A stretch of 64,000 bases of DNA from Candidatus Cloacimonadales bacterium (GCA_963662655.2 CAXXTU010000002.1:960001-1024000); one strand, 5' to 3'; positions 42,413 through 54,087 are shown, counted from the stretch's first letter. Notes: generated from the letters alone by a model not told the origin. Numbers and translations are program-made.

Positions 42413-45400
42413 ATGCTTTATCAGAAGCTCAAACAATACTTCGAACAATCCGGTTTCTTCAAGGAGATCGATCAACGGTTGAGTAACCAATCCACCGGCG
42501 ATCTGCTGTTCAACATGAACAACTCGGCCAAAGCAGCCGTCGTGACGCATATCTTCCAGCAGACGGGCAAGAATATCCTGTTCGTCAGCGCAGACGATAA
42601 AATGGCCGAGGATTACCTGGATGATTTCCAATTGCTGGTCGGGCAGGAAAGCGCCTGCATCCTCCCCGATTTCGAGGTACTTCCCTACGAAGAACGTTCC
42701 CCTCACTACACCATCCGGGCGCAGCGCATCGAGACCCTCGCGAGAGCCGTGTCGGGGCAGCCGCAGATTTACAGCCTGCCCATCCGCTCGCTGCTCCGCA
42801 AGATCGTCCCCCAAGTCCATCTTCTCAGCCAACCTCGTACAGCTTGTCAAGGGAGAGGAACACAACCCGGATCACCTGATATCCAAATTGGTCGGCCTCG
42901 GCTACAGCAACGAGTACCAGGTTTCGCGCGTGGGTGAAGTGGCACGTCGCGGCGGTATCATCGACATCTTCAGTCCGAATCTCATGTATCCGGTGCGCGT
43001 GGAGTATTTCGGCGATGAAATCGACTCGATTCGCGAATTCAGCGTGACGTCCCAGCGATCGCTCGGCTCCGAGCTGGACGAAGTGACCATCATTCCTTCC
43101 CGTGAGTTCTCAATACATGATGTCGAGGCGGATGAGAAGCTTTGGGAGCGCATCCACGCTGAAGGTTTCTACGAGGGAATCGAGCTGGATGTATCGCTGC
43201 TCATGCCGTCCGTGCAGACCTTCTCCGAGTACTTCAAGCCCGAAGATGTTATTCTCTTCTTCGACGAATACCAGTTTTTCCATACCTATCTGGCAGAAAT
43301 CACGGACGAAACGCAAGACCTCTGGGTGAAGGCCCGTCAAAAGCAGAAGCGAAGAATCCTGCCGGAACCGCAGATGATCTTCGCGGACGACGTTTTTATC
43401 AAGAACCTCATGAATGCGAACCAGCATTTCTTCGTTTCGGGCTCGTATCAGACATTCGAGCAGGCGAAGGAGACCTTTGAAGCGCCGTTCATCTCGCAGA
43501 CCAACATGCATTCGGATCTGAACCTCCTCGAGCAAAGCCTGCACCAGAAACTCACGGACGGCTACAAGGTGATCATCCAGTCGGACAACCGCAGCCAGAG
43601 CAAGCGTATGCGCGATCTCCTGCCGAATTACGAGAAGCGGATCGAGTTCATGATCGGCGTTCTTCATCGCGGATGGAACCTCCAGGACGCGAAGCTTGCC
43701 ATCTTCACCGATCACGAGATATTCAGCCGTTACAAACGCAAGAAACACTTTACTCGCTTTTCCAAGGAAGAAGCGCTCGTCGATTACGAATCGATGAAGC
43801 CCGGCGATTTCATCGTCCATATCGATTACGGAATCGGCTCGTACCTGGGGCTCAAGAAAGTCCGCGTGGAAGGCAACGAGATCGAGTGCATGACCATCGC
43901 CTACGCGGGTAACGACACCGTTTACGTTCCCACCTATCAGCTCGACCTTGTCTCGCGTTACGTTTCCGAAGAAGGATTTGTTCCGCAGATCCACAAGCTG
44001 GGCTCGAAGAAATGGGAAAGCACCCGCTCTCGGGCGAAGAAGCAGATCGAACTCGTGGTGGAAGACCTCGTCAAGCTGTATGCGGAGCGCCGACTGCGCA
44101 AGGGCATCTCCTTCGATGTCGACAACGAGTGGCAGAAGGAGATGGAAGAGGCTTTCATCTACGAGGACACGCCGGATCAACGAAAATCCACCGACGATAT
44201 CAAAAAGGATATGGAATCCGACGCGCCTATGGAACGCCTTCTTTGCGGCGATGTGGGCTTCGGTAAGACAGAGGTCGCCATCCGCGCGGCATTCAAGGCT
44301 GTCTTGAGCGGATATCAGGTTGCGGTGCTGGTTCCGACCACGCTCCTTGCCGAGCAGCACTACAACGTTTTCCGCGAACGCCTTGCGCAATACCCGGTTC
44401 AGGTTGCGATGCTGAGTCGCTTCCGCACGCCTGCGAACGTGAAGAAGGATATCGTGAGAATGCATGAGGGTAAGGTCGATATCGCCATCGGAACCCACCG
44501 CCTACTCTCCGAGGATATCAAATTCAAGCGCCTGGGACTCTTGATCGTGGACGAAGAGCACCGCTTCGGCGTGAAGCATAAAGAAAAATTGCGCCGACTC
44601 AAGGCGAACGTCGATACGCTCTATATGTCGGCGACGCCGATCCCTCGCACCATGAACATGGCGCTATCCAAGCTTAAGGAGATGTCGCTCATTCAAACGT
44701 CGCCCAAAGCCAGGCTTCCCGTTCGAACCATCATCGTTCCTTTCGATGAAGAGATAATCAAGGATGCGATCAATCGCGAGGTGGACCGCGGCGGACAGGT
44801 TTTCTTCGTTCACAACCGCGTACAGACGATAGACAGCATGGCGACCGATCTGAAGAAGCTCATGCCTCAGATACGCTTCAAGGTCGCGCATGGCCAGATG
44901 CCGGAGAAGCAGCTCGAAGCCGTGATGCTCGAATTCGCGCATCACCAGTTTGACGTCCTCATCGCCTCCACCATCATCGAATCGGGAATCGACATCCCCA
45001 ACGCGAACACGATCATTGTCAATCGTGCGGATATGTTCGGGCTGGCCCAACTCTACCAGATCAGAGGACGTGTGGGGCGCAGCAATCGCCGAGCGTACTC
45101 GTACCTGGTCATTCCCAGAAAACTGAGCGAGGAAGCCCGTCACAGGCTCGAGACCCTCACCGAGTACGACTACCTCGGAGCAGGTTATCAGGTCGCAATG
45201 CGCGATCTCGAAATCCGCGGAGCAGGCACCCTTCTGGGAACCAAGCAAAGCGGCGTGATCAACTCGGTTGGATACAACTACTACAACCGACTCCTGGAAC
45301 AGGCTGTCGAAAACATGGAGAAGGAAAATCCCGCCGGACTGTGGGACGACGATCAGCCCAACGAGCAGACCCGCGTCCGCATGGAAGCCGATTTCTACTT

Positions 45401-45824
45401 CCCGGCCGGGTATATCGCCGACGAAGAAATCCGCCTTCAGATCTACAGAAGAATGCAGAATTTCAAGGAAATTACCGACTTCGATGCCCTTTCGACCGAA
45501 ATGGAAGACCGCTTCGGGAAGCTTCCCGCTCCGGCAAACCGGGCTCTGCGCTTTTATCGGCTGCGTCTGATGGCAAAGAAATGCGGACTGAGCACGCTGC
45601 ATTTCAAGCGGGACGATATCATCCTCGAATTCGATCAGAAGAGACTCCCTCCCCGCGAAAAGATCGGGCGAGTGGTCGGGAAATTCCCGCAGTATCCCGT
45701 TCGATTCGAGACAACCGGCAATCTCAAGATCATCTTCAGCGTGAAAACGGAGCCGGATTACCGTCAGGACCAGTTAACGGAAACGGGAGAAAAGATACTG
45801 GATTGCTTCAGCGCAACTTCGTGA
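42413..45824 (+). CDS. mfd: Transcription-repair coupling factor, with apparent +1 frameshift in C5 run 42808-42812
   Basis: N-part EVLPYE..SP joins KSIFSAN... if one C is removed; VHIDYGIG, GDVGFGKTE, DEEHRFG, QIRGRVGR. Confidence 0.93.
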
Positions 45825-45934
45825 TCGAAACTCGCTAGATACATCCTCCGCGATCTGGCTCGACAGATTTTCTTTCTTGCAATTATTTAACGAATAATTT
45901 ATTCTATCACTATAAGTAATTTGCAGGAGGAAAT

Positions 45935-46870
45935 ATGAGATCGATCCTTTTTTTTATCATCCTTGCGCTGATTTGCTTACCGCTATACCTCAGTGCACAG
46001 AATATCGGAGTCATGTGGTACACCGAATCATCCATGTCCGACAGAGTTTTCAAAGGATTTACGGAACAATTCTCCAAGCTGGCTCCTGGTGTAAATATTG
46101 AAACCCATCTGGCCATCGAATCAACGGAGGAAGTGGATAAAATCTATCGTAAGTATGCGTCGGACAAAGACGGCATCCTCTTTCTACGGTCACACGGGGC
46201 CAAGTATCTCAAGGATCATCCGATCAAGGTTCCGGGGTTCATCGGCGCAGCCAACAATCCGGTGCAACTCGGGATTGTCCCGACCCTCGACGCTCCTCCG
46301 AAGCAAAATATTACAGGCGTAACCTACCATCTTCCTGTCGAATTTCAAATGAGGGTGTTCATGCAGATGATTAGTGGCATCAAGAAAATAGGGCTGATGC
46401 TGGAAGAGGGACACCCGGGGACACCGATCGACCGGGCGAACACGGAGAAGGCCTGTGAGGAGCTGGGCATCGCCTATACGGAATCGGTGTGTAAAACAAA
46501 AGACCAGCTTGCAGGGGGCGTGAAGAAGCTTCTCCAGCAGGGCGTCGATGTCATCATCATCGCGAATCCCAATCTTGTCACAGACAACACCGATATCATT
46601 GTCAGCGCTGCGGGGCAGACGCCTGTTGTGTCATACGCCGAGACTTCAATCAAAAAAGGCGCACTCGGTGGTCTGGTTCCCGATGACGAAAAACTTGGCC
46701 GTCTCCTGGCGAACGCCGTGTATAAAGTCGTGGTGGAAAAGATTCCGATTGAGGAAGTTCCGATACAGTTGGATAACGAACCGAAGCTTCTTATCAACCG
46801 TGATGCGCTGAAGAGATATCAGATTGAAATCCCCATGGATTTGCTCAAGCAAACGAAATTTGTTGACTGA
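45935..46870 (+). CDS. Periplasmic ABC substrate-binding protein (ABC_sub_bind-like)
   Basis: Signal peptide; NNPVQLGIV..NITGVT; GALGG; PIEEVPI; LLIN..ALKRYQIEIP. Confidence 0.8.
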   Translation: MRSILFFIILALICLPLYLSAQNIGVMWYTESSMSDRVFKGFTEQFSKLAPGVNIETHLAIESTEEVDKIYRKYASDKDGILFLRSHGAKYLKDHPIKVPGFIGAANNPVQLGIVPTLDAPPKQNITGVTYHLPVEFQMRVFMQMISGIKKIGLMLEEGHPGTPIDRANTEKACEELGIAYTESVCKTKDQLAGGVKKLLQQGVDVIIIANPNLVTDNTDIIVSAAGQTPVVSYAETSIKKGALGGLVPDDEKLGRLLANAVYKVVVEKIPIEEVPIQLDNEPKLLINRDALKRYQIEIPMDLLKQTKFVD

Positions 46871-46954
46871 AATTAATAACTAACGGAAGTTAACCATCGG
46901 CTTGTGATCTGTGCCGGCAGATTGTGAGCCGTTTTTTTCATATCGTCGCTTACC

Positions 46955-47079
46955 GGTGTGTCATCTTCGCCCGATCTGCGCTCCAACGTGGATATAACAC
47001 ATCCTTTGAACTATCGAGCATAATAATAGGACGTGTAACACCACGTTTCCGCTGCAGATCGAACGAACCTGATCACACC
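46955..47079 (-). repeat. ~125-nt palindromic structured element, copy 3 of 4 (inverted)
   Basis: Reverse complement reads GGTGTG..TTCGTTCGATCTG..CGTGGTGTTACACGTCC..TCGATAGT..GGATGTGTTATATCCACG..CAGATCGGGCGAAG..CACACC. Confidence 0.9.
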
Positions 47080-47141
47080 TCTTCAGGAAAACGTCTCTGT
47101 ATCCATTCTCTTGACAAGCAACCTCACTTCGTAAATGTGGT

Positions 47142-47825
47142 TTGAAAATAATAATAAAGGGGTTGAGCTTGAAGTGGTTATCGCTGTTCCTGCTGATCAT
47201 GACGTGTATCATAGCGCTATCGGCAATAGAAAAACCGTCACTGGCGAGGCTGCATTACGATGGCGGCGGCGACTGGTATAACAACCCCGACATGCTTACC
47301 AATCTGGCGGAGTACGCCAATCAAACACTCGGTACCGATTTCAGTACCGAGCAGGCTGTTGTTAAACCGGACGAACCGAACCTGATGGATCATCCGTACA
47401 TTTTCATGACCGGGCACGGCAACGTGGCATTCTCCGGGAAAGACGCAGACAATCTCAGGGACTACCTCGAGCGCGGCGGATTCCTCTATGCAGACGACGA
47501 CTACGGCATGGACGAATCGTTCCGGCGGGAGATCAAGAAGCTTCTTCCAGAACTGGAGATGGTGGAGCTCCCTGCCAGCCACGAGATTTTCCACAGCTAC
47601 TTCGACTTCCCGAAGGGACTCCCAAAAACGCACGAGCACGACGCACATCGTCCACAGGCATTCGCCATTTTCGATGCAGACGGACGGATGCTTGTTTTAT
47701 ATACCTACGAATCGAACATCAGCGATGGCTGGGCATCCCCCCAGATCCATCACGACCCACCCGCGATTCGCGAAGCAGCGCTCCAGATGGGCGTTAACAT
47801 CCTGCACTATCTACTGACGAGATGA
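47142..47825 (+). CDS. DUF4159 domain protein
   Basis: YDGGGDWY, FMTGHG, YLERGGFLYADDDYG, SDGW. Confidence 0.85.
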   Translation: MKIIIKGLSLKWLSLFLLIMTCIIALSAIEKPSLARLHYDGGGDWYNNPDMLTNLAEYANQTLGTDFSTEQAVVKPDEPNLMDHPYIFMTGHGNVAFSGKDADNLRDYLERGGFLYADDDYGMDESFRREIKKLLPELEMVELPASHEIFHSYFDFPKGLPKTHEHDAHRPQAFAIFDADGRMLVLYTYESNISDGWASPQIHHDPPAIREAALQMGVNILHYLLTR

Positions 47826-47829
47826 AGCG

Positions 47830-48567
47830 ATGAGAGTCTACATTGTTTCCGACATGCACCTTGGTTTCGATGACAGCGAATTCACTGCGCAGCAAATGGA
47901 AAAGGCGATCGCCTTTCTGAACCGCATCCGCGGGAAAGCCGACCTCCTGATCATGAACGGCGACATCTTCGATTTCTGGATGGAGTGGAAGGGCTCGATT
48001 ATCAGCAGCTATTTCCCTTTTCTCAAAGCGCTTGCCGACTTGAAGGAAAGCGGCTGCCGTCCGGTATTCATCGCTGGAAACCACGACTTCTGGTTCCGCG
48101 ATTTCCTCACGAAAACCATCGGCGTAGAACTGTGCATGGAAAGCTTCAGCGGGAAAATGGACGGAAAAAACATCTTTGTGGCCCACGGAGATCGCTACAC
48201 ATCCAATGATATGCGCTACCACTTCTATCGATCCATCATCCGATTCCCCTTGATGAAGCAAATTGCCGGATTGTTCCACCCGAACTTCGTGCTGTGGCTC
48301 GTCAAACACATTTCGAACTCCAGCAGGGAACTCTCCCAAACAAGGCAGAGAACCGCGGAAACGGAGAACAAGGGGATGATCATTTCAGCGAAGAAGTTAC
48401 TGAATCAATTCGATATCGTGTGTTTCGCGCATTCCCACACCCCCCGCATCGTGGAGCTTGAGAACGGCATTTACGCCAACAGCGGGGACTGGCTAACGAA
48501 CAATACATACCTCAGCCTGATCGACGGCGAGTTGAATTTGAATTTCTGGAAGGAGGAAACATCTTGA
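47830..48567 (+). CDS. UDP-2,3-diacylglucosamine diphosphatase (LpxH-like metallophosphoesterase)
   Basis: SDMHLG, GDIFDFW, GNHDFW, AHGD, AHSH, NSGDW. Confidence 0.88.
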   Translation: MRVYIVSDMHLGFDDSEFTAQQMEKAIAFLNRIRGKADLLIMNGDIFDFWMEWKGSIISSYFPFLKALADLKESGCRPVFIAGNHDFWFRDFLTKTIGVELCMESFSGKMDGKNIFVAHGDRYTSNDMRYHFYRSIIRFPLMKQIAGLFHPNFVLWLVKHISNSSRELSQTRQRTAETENKGMIISAKKLLNQFDIVCFAHSHTPRIVELENGIYANSGDWLTNNTYLSLIDGELNLNFWKEETS

Positions 48568-49352
48568 AACAATTTCTTATCATCATCGCAATCATCTCGA
48601 TGGTTGCAACATTAGGAGCTCAAAACATGCGTAAAATCATCATGAAAACCAACATGGGCGACATGGAAATCGAACTGTGGCCCGATGTTGCCCCAAAGAC
48701 AGTTGAAAACTTTATCGGCCTCGCTGACGGCACGAAGGAATGGACAGACCCGACAACCGGTGAAAAGGTGAAGAAACCCTTCTACAATGGACTGATCTTC
48801 CACCGCGTCATCAAAGACTTTATGATCCAGGGCGGATGTCCTCTCGGCAACGGAACCGGTGGCCCCGGCTACCGTTTCGAGGACGAATTCCCCCAAGAGC
48901 AGGTCACAGGCGATATTACATCCGAAGACGTCGCGATTCAGGTGTACATGAACATCCTTCGCCCGTACCTCATGCAGAACGAAAATCCGGACCCCGAAGT
49001 GCTCGCAGTAGCGGAAGAGGTGCAGAAGAAACAGAACGGTTCACCGCTCATGCAGCATACGATAGAGTGGTATCAGGAAAAGACCGGCGTCAACGAACCG
49101 ATTTACCGTATGACGCAAACCGTCGACTACGGTACGATCTGCATGGCCAACTCCGGCCCGAACACTAACGGATCGCAGTTCTTCATCGTTACCAAGAAAG
49201 AGGGTTGCAACTGGCTCAACGGCAAGCACACCGTCTTCGGGAAGGTAACCAAAGGCATGGATATTGCCCACAAGATAGAAAACGTGGAAAAACTCCCGGG
49301 CGACAAGCCCAAGAAAGACGTTGTCATCGAAGAGATCGTCATTGTAAAATGA
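48564..49352 (+). CDS. Secreted cyclophilin-type peptidyl-prolyl isomerase with internal insertion
   Basis: [43 protein letters not shown]. Confidence 0.95.
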   Translation: MKQFLIIIAIISMVATLGAQNMRKIIMKTNMGDMEIELWPDVAPKTVENFIGLADGTKEWTDPTTGEKVKKPFYNGLIFHRVIKDFMIQGGCPLGNGTGGPGYRFEDEFPQEQVTGDITSEDVAIQVYMNILRPYLMQNENPDPEVLAVAEEVQKKQNGSPLMQHTIEWYQEKTGVNEPIYRMTQTVDYGTICMANSGPNTNGSQFFIVTKKEGCNWLNGKHTVFGKVTKGMDIAHKIENVEKLPGDKPKKDVVIEEIVIVK

Positions 49353-49975
49353 GACGCCTCGCGTTTTCGCTGATTCTTTTGATCGCAGTCTGCACAACCA
49401 TGCAGGCTGCGATCGTCGATTTTGTTTGCGACGGCGATACCCTCTCCATCCGGATCGAAGAAAGCGTCGCTCCGGAAACCGCCGGATATTTTCTTCAAAT
49501 GATCGGCGACAACCTGTTCAATAACACGACCATCACCGTTGACTCCTCAGGCTTCGCCTGGATCGATATAGCCCCTGAAAGTCTGCGGCAAGTCGAAGCA
49601 ATGCCGTCCTTCTCAGACACCCTTTTCGTAGAGGTCTGCCCCGATTCGCTCGGATTGGATACGCTCATCGTTGCCAACAGCGAGTACCGCGATTTACTAC
49701 CAGCGACCAGTCCCATGCAAAATCAGTCGGTGAAAAACCTTCTCCTCGCGTTGAACTACGCCTTCTCCGACAGCCTCTCGTCGATCCAGCCCGATTACGG
49801 AACACTCGCCTTCACTCCCCTTCAGCCACGACCATTTTTCATCGTTACAAGACCCGAAGGAGCTCCCTGGCTCACCGGAAGATGCGTGGTCTTGGGAATC
49901 GTTGTGAAGGGGATGGAGATTGTTTCAAAGCCTCAGGCATCCAAGCTGAAAATCTCCTCTGCTACCATTCGATAG
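49349..49975 (+). CDS. Degenerate cyclophilin-like secreted protein
   Basis: ATGA overlap with the previous gene; [37 protein letters not shown]; lacks FHRV/QGG. Confidence 0.7.
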   Translation: MRRLAFSLILLIAVCTTMQAAIVDFVCDGDTLSIRIEESVAPETAGYFLQMIGDNLFNNTTITVDSSGFAWIDIAPESLRQVEAMPSFSDTLFVEVCPDSLGLDTLIVANSEYRDLLPATSPMQNQSVKNLLLALNYAFSDSLSSIQPDYGTLAFTPLQPRPFFIVTRPEGAPWLTGRCVVLGIVVKGMEIVSKPQASKLKISSATIR

Positions 49976-50000
49976 CACACCACCCCGATCTTGTCCGACA

Positions 50001-50124
50001 GGCGCGAGCAGATTCGATCGATCTCCCCTTCTACGTGGTGTTCCACATCATTATATTGCGTTCGATAGTCCCGATGATGTGGTATATCCACGTTGAAGGA
50101 GAGATCGGGCGAAGGTACCGCGCC
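50001..50124 (+). repeat. ~125-nt palindromic structured element, copy 4 of 4 (most diverged)
   Basis: GGCGCG/CGCGCC closing stem, CGTGGTGTT, inner stem CCACATCAT/ATGATGTGG, TTCGATAGT loop, TATATCCACG. Confidence 0.88.
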
Positions 50125-50142
50125 GTTCGCACATTGCTCTGC

Positions 50143-51556
50143 TTACATCGATTTCTTCACCAGTGCGTAGTTACCGTAAAATTCCTCTGCGCCGTTGAGT
50201 CGAGCCTGCATGGAATTGCCATCAATCCTGCACACGGCCTCCACAATCGCCCCACGCTTGGTGAAGAACGTGAACTTCATCACCCCGTTCAACAGCGATA
50301 TATGATCGAGTTTCAGCTCTTCCCCATTATCCTTGATAATCGCTTCGCCTGTAATTGCCGCATCATCGGCCTTCAGCACAAATTCCAGCGCCATCGTCTT
50401 CTCGTCCTTGCTGACGAGATTACTCCAGGTTCCAGCAATATTCGCCTTTGCAAACTCGATATCCTTATTTGTATGAATGGCGATGTTCTCGATGCAGGCC
50501 TCAGCGCTCATTTCTACCGAGAAAAAGTTCTCCGGCAAAATGGGATTCAGCTTATTCAGGATAAACTGCCTGTCGGCATCCTGCGTGAAAGATACAAAAT
50601 ACCCCGGCGAGGTTGCCCGGCTTCACTTCATCCATGTCGAGAATCTGCGTAGGCGAATCATTGGAGAAATCGATATCAGAAAGCGAGAACGTCTTTACCT
50701 CTGGATTCAATCGTGTGAAAAAACAGACCTCGCGCGTTTTCTCGTTATACAGCACCGACCACTCGGGTTCATCGTGAACTTTCAGCGTTCTCAGCATCAT
50801 CAAACCGTACTTTGTCACGTCGTCGGATGGCTTCATTTCACGCATGAGTCGCTGATAGCGCACGAAACGCGGTACGCGGGGATCATCCACCTCGCACGAA
50901 TACTGTCCGCCGAAACCATCGTAGTAGCGCATGAGCTCCATCTCCCAGTCGTACGGCGAATTGAACATCGCGGGAACCGGCATGGCGTCTCCGCTGTGAA
51001 CCAGAGGCTTTCCGTCGATAAACGCGATGCTGGCTGTCTTGCCAGAGGCATCCCCAACGAAGTAGTGCCAGCCCCATCCATCGATGGAGACCTCACCCGC
51101 GCGTTGGATCGCATCTTCGACAGTCTGGCAGGTGTCCAGCACGTACTGCATCCAGTTCACCTGACTCAGCGCCGGTTTCTCTGGATCGTTGGGATACTCG
51201 GCGTCCTCACCCATCTCCCAGATAAACAAACCGGCCTCGTTTACGCCGCCATCGATGAAATCGAGCCCGAATCCGTTGAAGGTCACCGAACCGTAGCGTG
51301 ATATCCACGTGAGTTCGGATGCTCTCTCAGGATTCAATGTAGTGATTTCCTCCCAGGTTCGCCCAACCTTGAACATCCCGCGCTTGTTGATATAAACCAT
51401 CCCGGGAATCCCCAAATCACCCTGATTCAGATTGTGCGCATAGGCAATTTCATCTCCCTGACGTACCTGAAACGTTGAACAACTCTCGACATGAGAAGGG
51501 ATAAAAACCATGAGTAGTGCGGCCAGAGCCACCAAAAGAATACGAATTGAAAACAT
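50143..51556 (-). CDS. Linear amide C-N hydrolase (choloylglycine hydrolase/Ntn family), apparent frameshift near 50602-50605
   Basis: Signal peptide then CSTF nucleophile, DGGVNEAGL, WMQYVLD, HYFVGD; removing one base joins ORF 50552-51568 to ORF 50143-50538. Confidence 0.82.
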
Positions 51557-52009
51557 TATATCCTCCATAACCGTTTCTTGCAGTAGATAATCGCAAGAGT
51601 AGTGCCAGAGGATTTTTCTATTACGTTACATAGAGTTACGCGGTTGTGTGTTTACCTAAAACCATCATATCCATATACATTTCATGCGAAAATGATATGG
51701 CTATCGAATCACCTTGCGCATGAACCTCACTCGATGCACTCCCCGACTTTGTCCTCCAAGTCCAGGTAATGCTGTCTCGCAAGCACACCTCCGACCTGAC
51801 ACAAATCCTTGAACTTGTGCACATTTCTCTCGACGGCCTCTCGGGGCTCATCCCAGCTTGGGAAAGATATCGAACGGACTCGCGGCGAGATCGATGGCGT
51901 TCAAGCCCGATCTCCTCGCCACAGACGAGTTGATGGTTTCCACTGACGCGATTAATCTTCAGAACGGTGTCATCGGAGCCGGCAGCCTTGTTGACCATGT
52001 CCAGGCATG

Positions 52010-52255
52010 CCTTGTCCAGCATCTGCTGCTTCCAGTCCGATATCTGGTTGGGATGAACGTCGAATTGTACTGCAAGTTCGGCAAGCGTCCGGTCGCCCTT
52101 GAGCGCAGCCAGAGCCACCTTTGCCTTGAATGTCGCCGAGTGATTCCGTCGTGGTCTTCTCATTCGCTTACTCCTTAATTACTCTCTCTTTCTCTCTGAT
52201 CAATCGGAGCAAGATTTCCACTTATACGCAAGTCCTAATTTCCGGGGCCACTTCT
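52010..52255 (-). mobile_element. Truncated IS3-family element (left end + start of OrfA)
   Basis: MRRPRRNHSATFKAKVALAALKGDRTLAELAVQFDVHPNQISDWK; upstream end GAAGTGGCCCCGGAAATTAGGAC; no OrfB or right IR seen. Confidence 0.8.
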
Positions 52256-52293
52256 TCTTTCCGCCCGATGTCCTGCGACGATGAGACAACAAT

Positions 52294-54087
52294 CTACTTC
52301 AACAGCAGCATCTTGCGTGTCATCTGACAATCGCTTGTTTGCATGCGATAGAAATAGACTCCACTCGATGATTGTTTTCCGTAAGAATCCTCTCCATCCC
52401 ATACCGCTTCGTGGAAACCGGCAGGCATCTTCGCGTCGACCAACGTGCAAACTTTCTGTCCCTTCAGGTTGTAGACTGTTATCTCGACAGCGCCACCCTG
52501 GTTGAGTGAATACCCGATCGTCGTCGACGGGTTGAAGGGATTGGGATAATTCTGATGAAGCTGAGCGGCAGCAAGTTCTGGCGCAATATTCTGATCGTCA
52601 TCGGCAGCAACCGTGTAAAGCAGTACCGGGTATCCGTTGTTCAGCTCGAACCCGGTATCAGCGCACCAGATGCTGTCGAAATCCCAGCCCAAATAGGTGA
52701 TATCCCCATGGGGCCAGGTCATTTCCTCCGTGGTGCGTCCCTCGCCAGCGCTACTGGTAGCAATTCCGCTGGTTTCAACATCCCAGTAGCTGAATTCGAC
52801 AGGCGACAACTCTACGAACCCGACCAGGCCTCCCAGATTGTCCTCGCCCGTTACGCTTCCGACCGAATAACAGTTTCCAATCCGCACATTGTAAGCAGAG
52901 CCAATAAAACCGGCGACAGAATTATTGCCCTGCACATTGCCGATCGAGTAGCAGTCCTGCACGTCACAATAGCTGGCCGATCCGATGAATCCACCGGAGT
53001 AATTATAGCCGCTGACATCCGGTGTACTGTAGCACTGAGTAAAATTTGAAGATATTGAATAACCGACCATACCGCCGGCTCTTTCAATCGATGAAGATAC
53101 GGAGCCATCGCTGTGGCAGAATTCTACGCTGGCATTCGAGCAATACCCGACCATGCCCCCGATCGAGGTTCCCCCCTCGACTTGCGAGAGGCAGTAACAG
53201 TTAATAATATCGCTCGATCGAGCATCCCCGAAAAGTCCCCCGGAACAGGTTTCGCAATCCACTGTACTTGTAGAGGAACAATCCGTAAACAAACCGTTGT
53301 CGTCATACCCGATCATTCCTCCGCCTCGGTTGCTCCCGTTAACCTGGGCATCGGTAACGCATTTGTCGAATACGCTATCTATCTCGTATCCAATCAAACC
53401 GCCTATGTTATCCACACCCGTGACAGTGCATGTTGTACTGCAACCGTTGATGTCTGAGTTCAAGGCGAATCCTGCGAGCCCACCGACCGAATCGTTGGCG
53501 GAAACCTCACAATCTGCGGAGCAATCCGTAATCGTCGCGTTCGCTGCCCAGCCGATGATCCCGCCGACATAGTCATAGCCGCTAACGTAGCCGCTGACAC
53601 GACAGTTCTCCATCACGGAACCGGAGAAGAGAATCCCGGCGATCGCTCCCACACACCGGTACGCGGAAACGGATACTCCCGTGAGAACGACATTCCGTAT
53701 CCCGGCGTTCTCCGTGTAGCCGAACAATCCCGTGTAGTTCTCCTCAGGCTGGTTGAGATGAAGATTCGAGATGGTGTACCCCTGCCCGTCGTAGCTACCG
53801 GTAAAGGGCATGTTATCCGGGCTCTGTGCTCCGACATACACTCCGATCGCAAGCCAGCCGATACCGACAAACCAGTTTTTCGTTTCACCTGCGTCGATAT
53901 CCTCTGTCTGTATAAATTCCTTATCCCAGTGTTCATCCGAACAGTAAATCCAAAAGAGGTTTTCCAGCGATTCGATTTGATAAGGATTGGCTTGTGAACC
54001 GTCTCCTGCCGTGGGAGGTATGGAATTCTGGCAGCGGAGAGCGATCGTAGTAATCAGTATAAGCAAGAACAAAAACGAGCGTTTCAT
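52294..54087 (-). CDS. Secreted GLUG-repeat protein with FlgD-Ig C-terminal domain
   Basis: Signal peptide, FTGSYDGQG, repeated VGGLxG, NYPNPFNP. Confidence 0.88.
   Translation of the reverse strand: MKRSFLFLLILITTIALRCQNSIPPTAGDGSQANPYQIESLENLFWIYCSDEHWDKEFIQTEDIDAGETKNWFVGIGWLAIGVYVGAQSPDNMPFTGSYDGQGYTISNLHLNQPEENYTGLFGYTENAGIRNVVLTGVSVSAYRCVGAIAGILFSGSVMENCRVSGYVSGYDYVGGIIGWAANATITDCSADCEVSANDSVGGLAGFALNSDINGCSTTCTVTGVDNIGGLIGYEIDSVFDKCVTDAQVNGSNRGGGMIGYDDNGLFTDCSSTSTVDCETCSGGLFGDARSSDIINCYCLSQVEGGTSIGGMVGYCSNASVEFCHSDGSVSSSIERAGGMVGYSISSNFTQCYSTPDVSGYNYSGGFIGSASYCDVQDCYSIGNVQGNNSVAGFIGSAYNVRIGNCYSVGSVTGEDNLGGLVGFVELSPVEFSYWDVETSGIATSSAGEGRTTEEMTWPHGDITYLGWDFDSIWCADTGFELNNGYPVLLYTVAADDDQNIAPELAAAQLHQNYPNPFNPSTTIGYSLNQGGAVEITVYNLKGQKVCTLVDAKMPAGFHEAVWDGEDSYGKQSSSGVYFYRMQTSDCQMTRKMLLLK

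Noticed and set aside
51636..52163. Full 175-aa transposase ORF
   Set aside because: Only the first ~50 aa resemble IS3 OrfA; the rest is read-through into unrelated sequence.
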